In this document: one piece after another, positions 23,757 to 36,587 of the stretch
How the letters are laid out: each line of letters opens with the position of its first letter
Numbering within the stretch: position 1 is the stretch's first letter
DNA from: Leidyana gryllorum EB-2025a
Taxonomy: Eukaryota; Protista; Apicomplexa
DNA length: 64,000 nt
Direction: 5' to 3'
NCBI GenBank assembly: GCA_048772705.1
Contig: JBLWGC010000230.1
Span: 1,240,001-1,304,000 of the forward strand
The notes under the pieces: generated by a model
Databases searched by the model: none
What the model was told of the DNA's origin: nothing
What the model saw: only the letters and a program-made list of their open reading frames with translations
Program-made: the position numbers and the translations under genes

Positions 23757-25507
23757 ATGGCCGCCCATCCTGATGCCAACTTCCGCAGGGAACTGACCTC
23801 CTTGAAAGCCTCAAACCACCCTTACGATCTGGTGATCGGAGTTGATGAAGCCGGAAGAGGACCTCTCGCGGGCCCCGTCGTCGCGGGAGCATTCTGCTTC
23901 TTCACACAGTGTGTCACCCGGGCCTCCTCTATCCCAACTGGATGGCCCTGGGAGCGCATTGGCGATAGCAAAGGCATCGGCGAAGAGGAAAGGGAGTATC
24001 TCTTCGATGCCTTCCTACGCACCGCCCAGGGCCAGCCCGTAGGCGTGCCGCCCGAGTTCCGGAAACAACGAAAGCCACCTGTAAAGGGGATAAAGGGAGC
24101 CGAACCCGGAACGGGAGCGGAAGCTGAAGTCGGGGAGGACGAAGAGAATGACCCTTCAGAAGATCCAGTTACCCAAACCGCCAATGAGACTTCACGGGAT
24201 GCCGATGAGAGTCAAATCAGCGGTACTGAAACTGAGTATCCGGTCGGCTACGAGTCCCGACGAGCCCGATTAAGCCGCGTCAAAGGGCGCCCGCGAGGAG
24301 TCCGCCCTCCCAAGAAGGCGAAACAGGAGACCAGCGAGACTGAGAGCAAACCGCGGCCGGTGAAGCGAGATGTTGTGGCGAAAGAGGAGGCGGAAATTGA
24401 CGACTCGAGCATTGAGAATGGCGCCGCCAGCAGTGCAGAGGTGACGGAGGACAGTGTCAAGGCGGACGCCGTCGAGAGGACAGCTGCACAGCAGAAGGGC
24501 TGTGGCAAAGCACCATCACCCGATCTGATCGCTGCAGAACTGGACAATATGGCCGCCGGACTGGACTCTGAATATGACTGTGATGTCAGTGAATACACTG
24601 ATACCCGTCGAGGGAGTATCACGGAAGCAACAATGAAACTGGATGAAGAATTTGAAAAAGACCACTGCCTCGAAGCCCCCTCGACAGAAACTGTGTCGAC
24701 TACGGCAGTGGGGAGCGACGAGACTGTATTAGTTAGCAGCGAGCCTCCGGCGAACGTTGTATCGAAATGGTTACAACCCGAGGAGTTTGTGCCGGACTCC
24801 CCCATCCTTTTTGCCTACAGCGCCGCGTCCCCCGAAGAGATTGATCGAGTGAATATTCTGGAGGCCACAATGCGCAGTATGACCAGAGCAGTGTACAAAG
24901 TGTTGACCATGGCACTGCCACGTCTCGGCAAAGTCAAGAATACAAAGATCAAAGTTCTGGTCGATGGTAACAGGAAACCGCATCTCATGGAACCAGGGAT
25001 GCTCTTGACCGACGCAGTACCAGTGATTCTGACGGAATACAACTCCATCACTCCAGAGCAGTGGAGGGGGAATATTCTGACTTTTATGCGCTACATCAGC
25101 AACACTCCCATCGTCAAAGGCGATGCCATTGTAGCTTCAATCTCAGCTGCCTCCATCGTTGCCAAGGTGGTTCGAGACCGGATGATGCGGTCTTTGGATG
25201 CGCAATATCCGCAGTATCTGCTAAGCATAAACAAAGGCTACCCTACTCCGGAACATCAAGCGGTGAGTGCTTTGCTTTCTCCATATCTGCCAAGTGAAAA
25301 GTGCCTCCTCAGATCGTCAAGAAGATTGGCCCCAGTAGAATCCATCGCCTTTCCTTCGCTCCCATCTTCCAGTTGCTGAAGGACAAACAGCACCAATGCC
25401 CTCCAGAGCGTGACTTTGAGGAGATTCTGACAATCAAGGCGACCAAGAGCAAGAAAAGACCGTCTTCCAAGCCCAATGCTGCACCCAAGAGGGCGCGTAA
25501 AGTCTAA
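23757..25507 (+). CDS. Ribonuclease HII, bacterial type, with large insertion
   Basis: GVDEAGRGPLAGPVVA, DSK, EIDRVNILEAT, VLVDGN, KGD...ISAASIVAKV.RD, NKGYPT, HRLSF; one intron near the 3' end. Confidence 0.88.
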
Positions 25508-25547
25508 ACCATAGTGTCAAATAGGTGTTTTTTTTGCGTGGGCCCAG

Positions 25548-27916
25548 ATGAGGAAGACCGACCAGCCTGATTCCGCCTCTAGCTCTGAGGTGGAGGACGA
25601 CTGGGAACAGGCAGCTTTGTCCTCGGATGAGGAAAAAAAGAAGCCCGGCAAAGCCTCATCAACTACGGTTGCCAGTCCTCAACCTGAACCAGCAGCCGCG
25701 CCCCCCAAAAAGAAGCCAGGCAAAGCTGGTGCTCGCCGGGTTGAGTCTTCTGACGATGAACAGGAGAATGAAGACGAAGAGGAACGCCTCCGTTCTCCTA
25801 TTCTCTGTATCATGGGACACGTCGATACCGGCAAAACCAAGTTGCTGGATAAAATTCGCCGCACCAATGTCCAGGACCGAGAAGCTGGCGGTATCACACA
25901 GCAAATCGGTGCAACCTTCTTCCCCCGCGAGAACCTCCTCACACTGTGTCATAAGGTCGACGCCAAAACTGAACTCAAAGTACCCGGCCTCCTCATCATC
26001 GATACTCCTGGCCACGCTTCCTTCAACAACCTGAGAAAGCGAGGTAGCTCCCTCTGTGACATCGCCATCCTGGTTGTTGACATCATGCACGGCTTGGAGC
26101 CGCAAACACGAGAGTCAATCAACTTACTGAGACAGCGCAAATGCCCCTTCGTTGTGGCACTCAACAAAGTCGATAGACTCTATGGCTGGGCCGCTGTCGA
26201 GAATAATGCCATCCGGGTCAGCCTCAAGAAGCAGAAGAAAAATGTCAAGGAAGAGTTCGAAACTCGAGCTCGCAACTGTCTCCTGGAACTCACTTCTGAA
26301 GAGGGACTCAACTGTGATCTCTACTGGGAGAACAAAAATGTCCGCAAAAACGTATCAGTCGTACCCACTTCGGCCATCACAGGAGAGGGAATCCCTGATC
26401 TGCTTACACTTATCGTCAAGCTTACTCAAAACTTGATGAACAAGAAGATTGTCTTGGACTGCAAGAACATCGAATGCACTGTTCTTGAGGTCAAGGCCAT
26501 TGAAGGTAAGATTGAGTGAACCCAGTTGCGTCACAGCTAGTAAATCGGGATCTCATTATCGTGATGTTGTGGACACTGTGGTCGCATGATGATTTGACTG
26601 GGCCTATTCCGGCACAATGGCAGTGGTATTCCACTGTTCGATGGTGCAGAATAACGTCATCCTTGGACTGAGACTAAGTGGACACGCGCGTGTGCTTGAT
26701 TCTATTCCCCGCGTGTCTCAATGGCAATGTCCATGCCGGGAGCCTTCTTTAATTACGTTGACTCGCAGGTTTGGGCACCACGATCGATGTTATTTTGATA
26801 AGTGGTGTGCTGCATGAGGGTGACACCATCGTCGTATGCGGGATGAATGGTCCCATTGTGACAACCATCCGCGCTCTACTGACACCGCATCCCATGAAAG
26901 AGCTGAGGGTCAAGGGTGAATACGTGCATCACCAAAAGTTGTACGCCGCGATGGGAGTCAAGATTGCTGGAAATGGGCTCGAAGACGCAGTGGCTGGAAC
27001 TCAAATGATGGTTGTCAAAGATCCAAGTGATCAAGACGAAATCGCTCAGCTGAAGGAAGAAGTTCAGGAAGATATGGGCGCAATCTTCAAGTCCGTTGAC
27101 AAGACGCAAGATGGTGTGTATGTCATGGCATCCACGTTGGGTAGTTTGGAGGCCTTATTGGATTTCTTGAAAGAATCTAATATTCCCGTTAGTGGAATCA
27201 ACATCGGAACTGTGTGGAAATTGGATGTGAAGAAGGCATCGACCATGCGCGAACGAGGCAAAGAAGAGTATGCTGTTATTTTGGCATTCGACGTCAAGGT
27301 GGATGCGGAGGCGGAAAAGGAGGCCAAGTTATTGGGCGTAAAGATAATGAGTGCTGACATTATTTACCACCTATTTGACGGCTTTACTAAGCATCTTGAG
27401 GATTTCCGGGAAGCTCAACGTCAAGCCAAGATTGGTGAGGTCATTTTTCCATGTGTGCTGAAGATATTACCGAACTGCGTGTACAACAAGAAAGACCCTC
27501 TCGTAATGGGAGTCCGTGTTGAGGACGGCGAGCTGCGGGTGGGTACACCTCTCGTTACAGCCGAGCGGGCGGATGCGATAAATCGCATCGGCAAGGTCGA
27601 GTCAATCGAGCTGAATCACAAATCTATTACGGCAGCTACGAAAGGTATTTTCTTCTGGCACAATCTATGGATTATCTATGTGATAGGACAAGAAGTTTGT
27701 ATCAAAGTGACCGGCGATGCCAATGTCACCTTCGGCCGGCACTTCGATGCCACAATGCGGCTGTTCTCGCAAATCAGCCGGAGTAGCATTGACGTTATGA
27801 AAGCTCACTTCCGCGAAGACTTGGAGAAGGTAAGATTACGACTCTTGTCTCCGGAAAATTCGTCGTAGCATCTGAAAGTCACGGTGGACCTGAAGAAAGT
27901 ACTGGGTATTGTGTGA
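25548..27916 (+). CDS. eIF5B: Eukaryotic translation initiation factor 5B
   Basis: [41 protein letters not shown]; introns include 26506-26768. Confidence 0.96.
26581..26675 (+). ncRNA. Candidate intronic box C/D snoRNA (possible U6 Am70 guide)
   Basis: ATGATGA at 26586-26592, CTGA at 26668-26671, short terminal stem, and GTCATCCTTG complementary to U6 CAAGGAUGAC. Confidence 0.4.
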
Positions 27917-28104
27917 CACACACGTGTGGCTACTTTTGGCTTGGGTGTTTTTTTGCTCTACATCGGTGGCTTGGGGGGGCTGAAACAGGGTTATAGTGGA
28001 CCGGGTTGATCGTGGAAAAAAGCAGTCCCAATTGAGTTATAGTTGGCGAGTGTTGGAGAGGCCCGATGCATATATTGGGCGAGCACTGAGAGAGAAAATT
28101 GCAC

Positions 28105-29790
28105 ATGTCGTCAGATAATTCGACGGGAGTTGTTCAGGATCTCGGATACGTGGAGCCCGCTTGGGCAGATCAGTCATCACAATACGACGTCAGCGCAGCA
28201 GATCATCAAGCGGCAGCGGCAGCAAACTCGAACTCGCAGTCATCATGGCTGTTTTTCGATCCAATGTTCGGTTCCTCTCCGAATGCACAAGTGAGTAGCG
28301 GCTGAACTTTAAAGCAGTCAAACCAGACTCAGCAGGGGTACTCTGAGGATAAAATACCATTCACAGATGCCGACCAGTCTTCGTGGGAGGCATTCGGTGG
28401 AGCGCCATCTCGTCGTCCAGCTGAGGTCAAGCAGGCGCCTGCAGCGGCAGTTGATCCAACGTTAGAAAGTATCTTCACCCCTTACACTTCATCAAGTACG
28501 GAGAGACGACGGAAATGCGAGAGGCGGCGGCCTCGGCGACCAGCAAACAATTCGGCAACCAGCGCTGCTACCTATAGTCCTAACTGGAGTTCGTCAAGAA
28601 GGAGCGTCGGCAACAAGAGTTTCTCAAATTCATTGAATCGATTCACTCATCCGGATGAGAATGGCAAACGGAAGATCCGGAATGAGATAATGAGCATCGC
28701 AGAATCGCTACCTGCGTTGCCAGGATTATACTTCGATAAGAAGCAGAAAGGTTTTCGAGTACGCTATCAAAACGTGTACGTTGGATGGGTGGCGTTGTCG
28801 CGATTCGCTTCCATTGAAGAGGCGTACATTTCGGCGCGTGAGATTTGGGAGAGCGCCAAGTGCCACGCTGAGAAATTCCAAACGCCTCACGCTGCCGTTA
28901 TGGCGTCCTATCCGTTGCAGAAAGAGGCTCAGGCTAGCGGGAAAAACCGCGGAGGTCGGCCTCGTACTGTGACACAGCTCCCGCCTGACCCATCCAACTG
29001 GCTTAACACCGCTTTTCTCGCTCATCAATCGTCTGCTGCCACAGCAGTCCCACTGACTACTCCTTGGGGTGAAGCGCCAGCTGAGGTACCTTATCAAACC
29101 GAGAAGCGGCGTTGTCGGTCTCCCCAGCAACAACCCTTTTGGCCTTCTTGGCCCACTTCCGACAATTTTGGTCTCCCCGAAGACCACAGAGGAGAAGATG
29201 ACCCCGCCGTTGCGGCTGGAGCTGCGCCGGACAGCTTCTGGAGTCATCAAACACCCTTCGGCCACGCAATCAAAGGTGGTACGGATGCACCTGCCAGCTT
29301 TGCAGGGACCTACGCTGCGTCCCAACCCACCGCCGCATACCATTTACAAGATTTTGCGACTGGCGCTACTGCAGATGGGCGGGATTATCGACCTTTATGT
29401 CACCCGCCCGAATGTGTGGATCATTTTGACGATCAATCTGCTGGGGGCACCGCTGACTTTTGCGGATTAGCTCCATTCGCCGAACTCCCGGGAGCTATAT
29501 CCTTCTCTCAGCCCGTGGCCGAAGACACAGCTCCTCTCATGCCTATCATAGATGAGCCGCCTGTCGTCAAAAGGGAGACCAACTCTCCCGCCCCGCGCAA
29601 GAAACGGCGACGTGATGATGACTTGGCCTCGCCAGATACGGGCGATCAGTCTGATCTCAGACCCCCTGCTAAACGTCGCTGGCCTGTGATCAAATTTGAT
29701 GGGGGAGCCGTAAGCGCCTCGCCCCCCCCGTCTTCCGACGTTTCCACGGCGCTCCCACCCCAGATGCAACATCATCAGAGTCCCAATTGA
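28105..29790 (+). CDS. ApiAP2 transcription factor
   Basis: LPALPGLYFDKKQKGFRVRY...FASIEEAYISA is AP2-like and sits in low-complexity sequence; one intron near 28291. Confidence 0.72.
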
Positions 29791-30042
29791 TCATTTGGCC
29801 GACTATAGATAGATAGATAGTAAGGTAACACGTCCGCCACGGAGAGGTACTGTACAGTCCTGTTGACTCCGAAGCTGCTAGTAGATCAGCTGCGAAGTCA
29901 TGCAATTGGACTTGGTCAACTGCACTTCCTCTCCTCTTACCCCTCCATTCCTACAGTCACTGCTCCCCCCTTTCAATACAAATATGCCTTCCCATTGACG
30001 ATATCGTTTCAATGAGCAACAGAGCACGCACTAAAATCCCCT

Positions 30043-30538
30043 TCACAACACACGCGTGTGTGTGAACATGTCAATGGTGTCAGGGTCGAATAAGTTCATC
30101 TGACCCCTCTGCTGCATCGCAAGCATTTCGAACCGAGTTTTAGAGGGGCTCAATCTGTGTGGAACGTTCTGTTTTTGCTCGGCGAGCGGTTGCTCGTCGT
30201 CTTCTTCAAGGGAGTCCAAGGATTTCTCGCCACTAACTATCTCGCCCACAGCCTCAGCGGCCAAGCTGCCGGACCCATTAGGCTCGGAGATGCGAGGTCG
30301 ACCGTCGTACATAGCACTGTTGCCAAAGTAGGGAGCGAATCGATCTTCGTATCTATTGCGATGCCTCTTCAACCATCCGACCGGGGGCAATTCACCCTGT
30401 GGGATTAGGGGGAAGAAGAAGCCGCCATCCACAGCACTGAAGAGTCGAGCGGTTTGATGAGTATCTTCAATGCACTTACAAAGGTCTGAATTGGGCTTGA
30501 ACCCCAACTACTGCAAGAATTGTTACAGCAAACCGCAT
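30043..30538 (-). CDS. Small secreted hypothetical protein
   Basis: MRFAVTILAVVGVQAQ signal peptide spliced (GTAAGT...CAG) into the 30043..30507 frame. Confidence 0.6.
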
Positions 30539-30556
30539 GTTGCAATGCCCCACAAG

Positions 30557-32047
30557 TCATTCCTCGCCAGTGGCCGCAGTGGGCTGGCCCGGTGGGGCGT
30601 ATTGTATGTTGTAGCTGCCAGAGGTGGGATCTTGGACCACCTTGAAGTGATCCAAGCTCATTCCGAGTTTGCCTAAGGCCCAGTTTCCGAATTCTTTCGC
30701 CTTCCCGATCATTTCATCCTTCTCCTTCTCAAATTGTTCCTTGGCTGAACGACGGTGGATCCCTTTTAAAGAGTGGACGGTCATCGAACTACTTACACAA
30801 CTTCTCAATGGCGGCCAAGTCGCGAGCGTACTGACCCCGAAGACTGGGATCGAGGTTTAGCGCACTTTGCAAGTCACTGAGGGCGTCGTGATATTTGCTC
30901 AGCGCTTTGTTGGCTTTGTAACGCCGAATCCGTGCCTAATTTAGTATTTACGTCTGGGTGGTGCTAAAGTGTGTGTGTCGTACCTTAACGTGCTCTTTGT
31001 CCAGTTCAATAGCATCGTCGCATGCCTGAATACATTCCGCGTGTTTCTCCTGAGTGAAGTACACAGCGGCTCTGGAATAGATATATTGGACGGTGTCAAT
31101 TGGGTCTTTGTGACTTACAGATTCCCAAGGATGGTGGCAGCCAACTTTGAGTTTGTACTGGGGGTGAGATTAAGGGCTTTGTTATATGTCTCAATAGCCT
31201 CGTCAAACTGGCCGGCTTTGTATCTCTCATTGCCCTCATCTTTGACGGCTATGGCAGCTTCATCGCTTCTCTCAAACTCCTCTACAAACTCTGTCGCATC
31301 ACGAGGATGGTGCGGGTCCGCCGAGCCCTGGTCTTCCTCCTTTTCCTCGCTTTCAGTCCCCACACCAGCAGAGTTTTCATTGGTCGCCACAGCAGTGTTC
31401 TCAACCGCTTTCGTGCTTTCCGTTGCACTATGCTGGTCCTCTTCCACAGTCGGTGTTTGGAGGTTCTCCTCCGCCTCTGGTACGGCGTCTCCATTCCCTT
31501 GAGGGCCAGTCTCGGAGACCTCAGCCTCTTCTTGAGGTTGTTGGGGTTTTCTCACACCTTCAGATGCCCCAATGGTGGTAGGGCCTTCAGAGACCTCAGT
31601 TTCGACGGGATTCTTCATTTCGGTCTCTGTCTCTGCAGACTGAAGGTTGGCTGGCCGGGGTGTGACGTCTCCTTCGACTTCGACAGTCTGGTCACTGGAT
31701 TGGGATGAAGAATCGTCGTTGTCCTCCTCGTCGTCACGATTTCCGACATCAGCGTCGCTCTCGAGGATCACTCGATATGTCTCGGAGTGTACATCTTGTT
31801 TTGTGAATTCAGTGGCGTAAGGAGTTTGATCGACTGGTGGCTGTTCCGCGGTACTGCTACATGCAGCCTGTCTCCGAGAGACTCCCGGGTGGATTGGCCG
31901 ATACTTAGCCGAGGAATGGATTGCTTGTGTCCGTTCACGAGCCGCCTGGAGACGACTGATTCTCCGTCTGTTGAGCCAATAGGCAATAAAGATGCGGATA
32001 GCCAATAAAGGCACCGCTAACACAAAGGTCAAGAGCCAAGGGTGCAT
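30557..32047 (-). CDS. TTC1-like TPR co-chaperone with N-terminal membrane anchor
   Basis: KDEGNERYKAGQFDEAIETY TPR; TTC1-type tail EMIGKAKEFGNWALGKLGMSLDHFKVVQDPTSGSYNI; N-terminal hydrophobic helix. Confidence 0.82.
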
Positions 32048-32327
32048 GTTCTGGGGAACTTTTTTGCGCGCTACGCACCGAATTGCAGCTGAATTGAGAG
32101 TGCTGATCACCACTACCGCCCCCCTTTCACTCTGAACATTCTACAAATCATCTACTCCTAGTCTTGCCACATTGTTGGGTGGAGGCAGTGAGGGTTTCAG
32201 GATGGGGGGGTTTGTTGTAAATTGGGGGTTCAAGTGGTGAGGCTTTAGATTATTTGGGGCGGTTCACCAAACATACGAGTAACACGATGCTAAAACACGG
32301 GAGTCTACTCCTTCAACGAATGGTCGA

Positions 32328-33818
32328 TCAGTCATCGCCTTCCTCGTCATCGCTGTCCTCGGAAGCCGACTCAGCTTCCGCCAGCCACGTGAGGAAGCTG
32401 GCAGCGCGCTGTTTGGCTTCTTGATACGCGGCTCCTGCGTCCTCGGGAGTGCCTTCCACATAGCGCTCCATGAAGGACTCTGCAAAGAGGAAGGGAAAAT
32501 GGAATGTTGGATTTTAGGGGTGGGTACTCACCTTCTTCAACGAGATCAGCGTTGTACAGGGCATTGCAGATGATGGCATACTGAGACCACGAACTGGGTG
32601 CCTTGCGATGAAGATATTGCTCGAACGATTCCAGAATTTGGGCCCCAGTTATGGAGCGATCAATCACTGCGTGCAGATAGTGCAGGTTGCTCTTGAGGGC
32701 ATCTGCATCACAGGAGTCCTTGAGCAATGCGCACAGAGTTACGTAGAAACGAAGTGTACTACTGAAATCCTGCGCAACCTGAAGTAGACGAACCTCTTGT
32801 TTGAAAGATTGAGGAGTGGGTGGTTCTCCTTGGCAGACAAACTGTTCGAGCCTTCCGATGACAGCTTCAATCTCCTCGGAGTCATAGTCGAGAGCTTCCT
32901 TCTTGTCATCGTCGTCTTCCGAGTCGGATCCTTGAGGTGCGCTGCTCTTTCCCGCCTTCTTGGCCTTCTTCTCTGCCTTTCGGCGTTCCTTATCCTCGTC
33001 CTTCTCTTTGTCCTTTTTCTTGTCCTTCTTCTCCTTCTTGTGGCCGTCCTTATCTTTGTCCTTATCCTTCTCCTTTTCTTTGTCTTTCTTCTTCTCCTTC
33101 TTTTCCTTCTTCTCCTTGGCCGATACCGCGGCTCCCTCAGCCGTCGTCGTGGCGGAGGCTTCGCGCTCTTCATCGTCTTCCTCCTCGCTACATTTCTTGG
33201 TGGTTCCTCGCTCAGCGCGTTCGCGTTGGCGTTCCTCCTTGCTCTTTTTGCCTTTCTTGCCCATAGTCGAGTCACCGCCGTCAGGAGGGTTCTTAATGAT
33301 GTAAGTGCCCACCTTGTGAGCGTTGTCCATGTCTCCATGGTACCCACAGGCGTTGCACTTGCCTTTCACTCGACCCTTAGCGACCTGCAGATCGATTTCA
33401 GGCAGTCGGCAGTTGGGACACAGCACAAACTTGTCCACGAACCTGAGTGGTAAACAACAAACGCAATGTGAAATCCAGTTTGCAGGCGACACTCACTTGT
33501 CCAACACAATCTGCAAATCGCCTTCGACGTGGACGCCGTTGACGATGGCTTTGCCCTCCGCCATTTCGAACTTGGACTGCGAGCCCAGTTCGGCGCCGAA
33601 GAAGCGAGTGGGATCTGGGAAAGAAGAGTTTGGAACATTGCTTAGAGGCGGCCCAACTTACATTCCGGGGGGCGCTTAAGCGCCCGTGCAATATCCCCCA
33701 TGTTCATAATGTTAGTTTTGATTCCGTTCCCGCGCCCTTCGATCTTAGCACGGATCTTGGGCATCTTGTAGCGGTAGTTGGGGTCGTCATGGTAGCTTGG
33801 AATGTTAACAGTGGCCAT
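32328..33818 (-). CDS. eIF5: Eukaryotic translation initiation factor 5
   Basis: [10 protein letters not shown]...[27 protein letters not shown] zinc finger, Lys-rich linker, W2 domain. Confidence 0.95.
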
Positions 33819-34155
33819 TTTCAAGAAGTACTCGGGTGGTCAACAGTGAAAGATGGGGTCACTCGTCATAAAAGCTCGTACTTCCGATAAGTTTCGCTCC
33901 CTTTCTATGCAGCAGCGCGTTATGAATGCTCGGGAGGTTAGACAACATGAATCGATGACGCTGCCCCTTTTCTTTCGAATCGTAAGCAGCCCCTCAGAAA
34001 TTGATAAAGGACAATTTTTGGAGACCCGCACAAAAAGCAGGCATGTACCATCAAGGGGTCGCAACTCTTTGACTCTTTGAATCCACAACTTGGGACACAC
34101 AAAACGGTCACTTTTCGTCCGTTCGAACACTTGTGCACCATAACGGGTTGGAGCA

Positions 34156-35019
34156 ATGAGCTCGTTGGCTGCGGCTCGCGCCGACAACTTTTATCAACCC
34201 GCCAATTATGACCCGCGTCGGCATGGCACTCTCAACAAGATCCATGGCACCCATCGGCTGGGTGCTCGTGCCAAGAGAATAAAGGAGGGCATCATTACAA
34301 TTCGGTTCGAGATGCCCTTCAAAGTCTGGTGTCTCGGCTGCAACCAGATTATAGCCAAAGGAGTGCGCTACGATGCAGAGAAGAGCAAAGCGGGGTACTT
34401 CCACTCGACTCCCATCTGGGAGTTCAAGATGAAGTGCTACTGGTGTCCCCAGGAATTGGTTATCCGAGCCGACCCCGAGTCGTCGGAGTATATTTGCACG
34501 TCAGGTTGCCGTCGGAAAGTAGAGACGTACAAAACTGAGGCTATCGAAGGTGTGACATTCAAGACGCAGGAAGAGTTGTTGGAGATTGAGAGAGACCCTC
34601 TGTTGAAACTCGAGGTACAACGAGAAGACATCAATAAGGCCGTGAAACAAAAAACCCGACTGGAAGCATTGTACGATCTCCAAGCTGATCGTGGACTCAA
34701 TGACGCAGACCACAATCGGGCGTTGCGAAAGGCATTCCGAGAGACCAAAAAGAAGGATCCCGATGCAGATGAGTATGATGAGCGGGGTCGGCTGGTTGAA
34801 CGGCGGCCGAACTTTGCACTGCCTACTGAGGCCGACCCCGAGGCACCGCTCACGGACGGCGAATATAAAGAACTGCAACAGTTCCAATTAGAAAGAGCAC
34901 AGAAGAATAAGAATAGTAAAGGCAACAACAAAAGTAGAGCTGCTTCGAATACAAAGAAAGAACAAACCGCTCGACTCAAGGCCGCTCTGCGAGCCAAACT
35001 CTCTGTCAAACAGTGTTAA
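34156..35019 (+). CDS. YJU2/CWC16 family splicing factor (CCDC130-like)
   Basis: MSSLAAARADNFY, IRFEMPFKVWC..C...IAKGVRYDAEK. Confidence 0.9.
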   Translation: MSSLAAARADNFYQPANYDPRRHGTLNKIHGTHRLGARAKRIKEGIITIRFEMPFKVWCLGCNQIIAKGVRYDAEKSKAGYFHSTPIWEFKMKCYWCPQELVIRADPESSEYICTSGCRRKVETYKTEAIEGVTFKTQEELLEIERDPLLKLEVQREDINKAVKQKTRLEALYDLQADRGLNDADHNRALRKAFRETKKKDPDADEYDERGRLVERRPNFALPTEADPEAPLTDGEYKELQQFQLERAQKNKNSKGNNKSRAASNTKKEQTARLKAALRAKLSVKQC

Positions 35020-35096
35020 ATAGGGTAGGTGGTCTATGCAAATGGGAAAGAAGTTGAGATCTAGCAAAAAGGTTGGGCGTGGCTGGCGGGGCAACT

Positions 35097-36504
35097 ATGG
35101 CTCCGGCGGGATACTCGCCTCTTCACGGCGGCGGTGGAGACACTTCTGCTGCTCCTCCCATGTCTAATTCTCCTGCAACTGGCCTACTGCAAAACCGAGT
35201 TGTCGATGCACAAGTCCCTGCACCTCTCCGCAATGCTGCCCGAAGACGGGGTGGAGGCTTCTTTCTCATCTCCGTCATTTGTGTTGTAACAGGAATGTAT
35301 CTCGTCTACTTCGTCTTCCTACAGTTACCCCTCATTCGTATATTCTTCAAGGAGGAAACTGATGCCGACGCCCCTTCCCCCCTAACGCGATGGCTGGCCC
35401 TAGCCATTGTTCTCAGCTTCCACAGCTGGTTCGCCCTACTACTTATTGCCCTCACTCAGGTCGGTCGGTCTCCCCTCTGAACACTTCTCTGCGACCCCTG
35501 TTGTCTGTCTGTCTCTGTGCCGCTCTCCCCTCCCCCTTCTCTCTCATCACACTCCCCCTCACTCACGCACTCGCTCACCCACACTGTTCATTCCCCACTG
35601 CAGTGTAGCACGACCGATCCGGGCACCGTGCCTCGACACTGGGGTTTTTACGTAGGAGACGAAAGTAAGAGGAAGCGGTACTGTCGCGTCTGCAACGTGT
35701 GGAAGCCCGAACGCACGCACCATTGTTCCAACTGCGGGCGTTGGTGAGTCAACCCGAGCGCGAGACCATCTATCTGTATCTCAATCTCGCAGCGTCCTCA
35801 ATATGGATCACCACTGTCCCTGGATAAACAACTGCGTAGGGTTCTTTAATCGCAAGTTCTTCGTCCAGCTACTGTGGTACGGCATTATCAGTCTTATGTA
35901 CCTCTGTATCCACGGGTGAGAAGTCGAGGGATACTCTCTCCCTCTACCTCTGTAACCCCCCTTTTGTCGCAGGGTTTACTACTTAGGAGCTTCAGCTAGT
36001 AACATGTGGCCCATCGATTACCGGCCAATATACGTCAAGCAGACGCCAATTGACTACATTGGTTACACCTTAGTCCTGATCGTAAGTCTACCCCCGCCCG
36101 CCCTTTCCCATCTCACACTTTCCCGACAGGTAACTCTCTTCTCGTCTATCCTCTTGGGTGCCCTGTTCCCATTCACCAAGTTCCATATGGGATTGGTTGT
36201 GCGTGTAAGTCGAATTTAGCCCGACACTGCATCTTGTCGTTCACAACCCCGCAGAATTCGACCACCATTGAGGCCATGGATGCAACCGCACGGAGTATGT
36301 CCAAATACGACCTGGGCGCTCGCCGAAACATAGAACAGGTACAAGCCATCCATTGGACTCCACACATTCGGCTCTCAACAGGTGTTCGGGGCCAAGTCGT
36401 CTCTATGGTGGTTACCGTGTCATGTTACCAGTTCGCGGCCAGTTGGGGATGGGGTACGGTGGACTCACCACTACTTGAGCGTGCACGATGAAGAGACCGT
36501 TTAG
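35097..36504 (+). CDS. DHHC palmitoyltransferase
   Basis: CRVCNVWKPERTHHCSNCGR spliced to VLNMDHHCPWINNCVG; TTIE motif; TM helices. Confidence 0.92.
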
Positions 36505-36587
36505 CCATCTCAAAACTTGCGCATTTCTAGTAACATGCTCCTCCAGTCTGTCATCAATTTGTATATTATATATATTGAAACTGTTGG

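Noticed and set aside
32739-33453. Several long overlapping and antisense ORFs over eIF5 (also over MDH, ubiquitin and Cdc6)
   Set aside because: These are shadow frames produced by codon bias and Lys/Glu/Asp low complexity.
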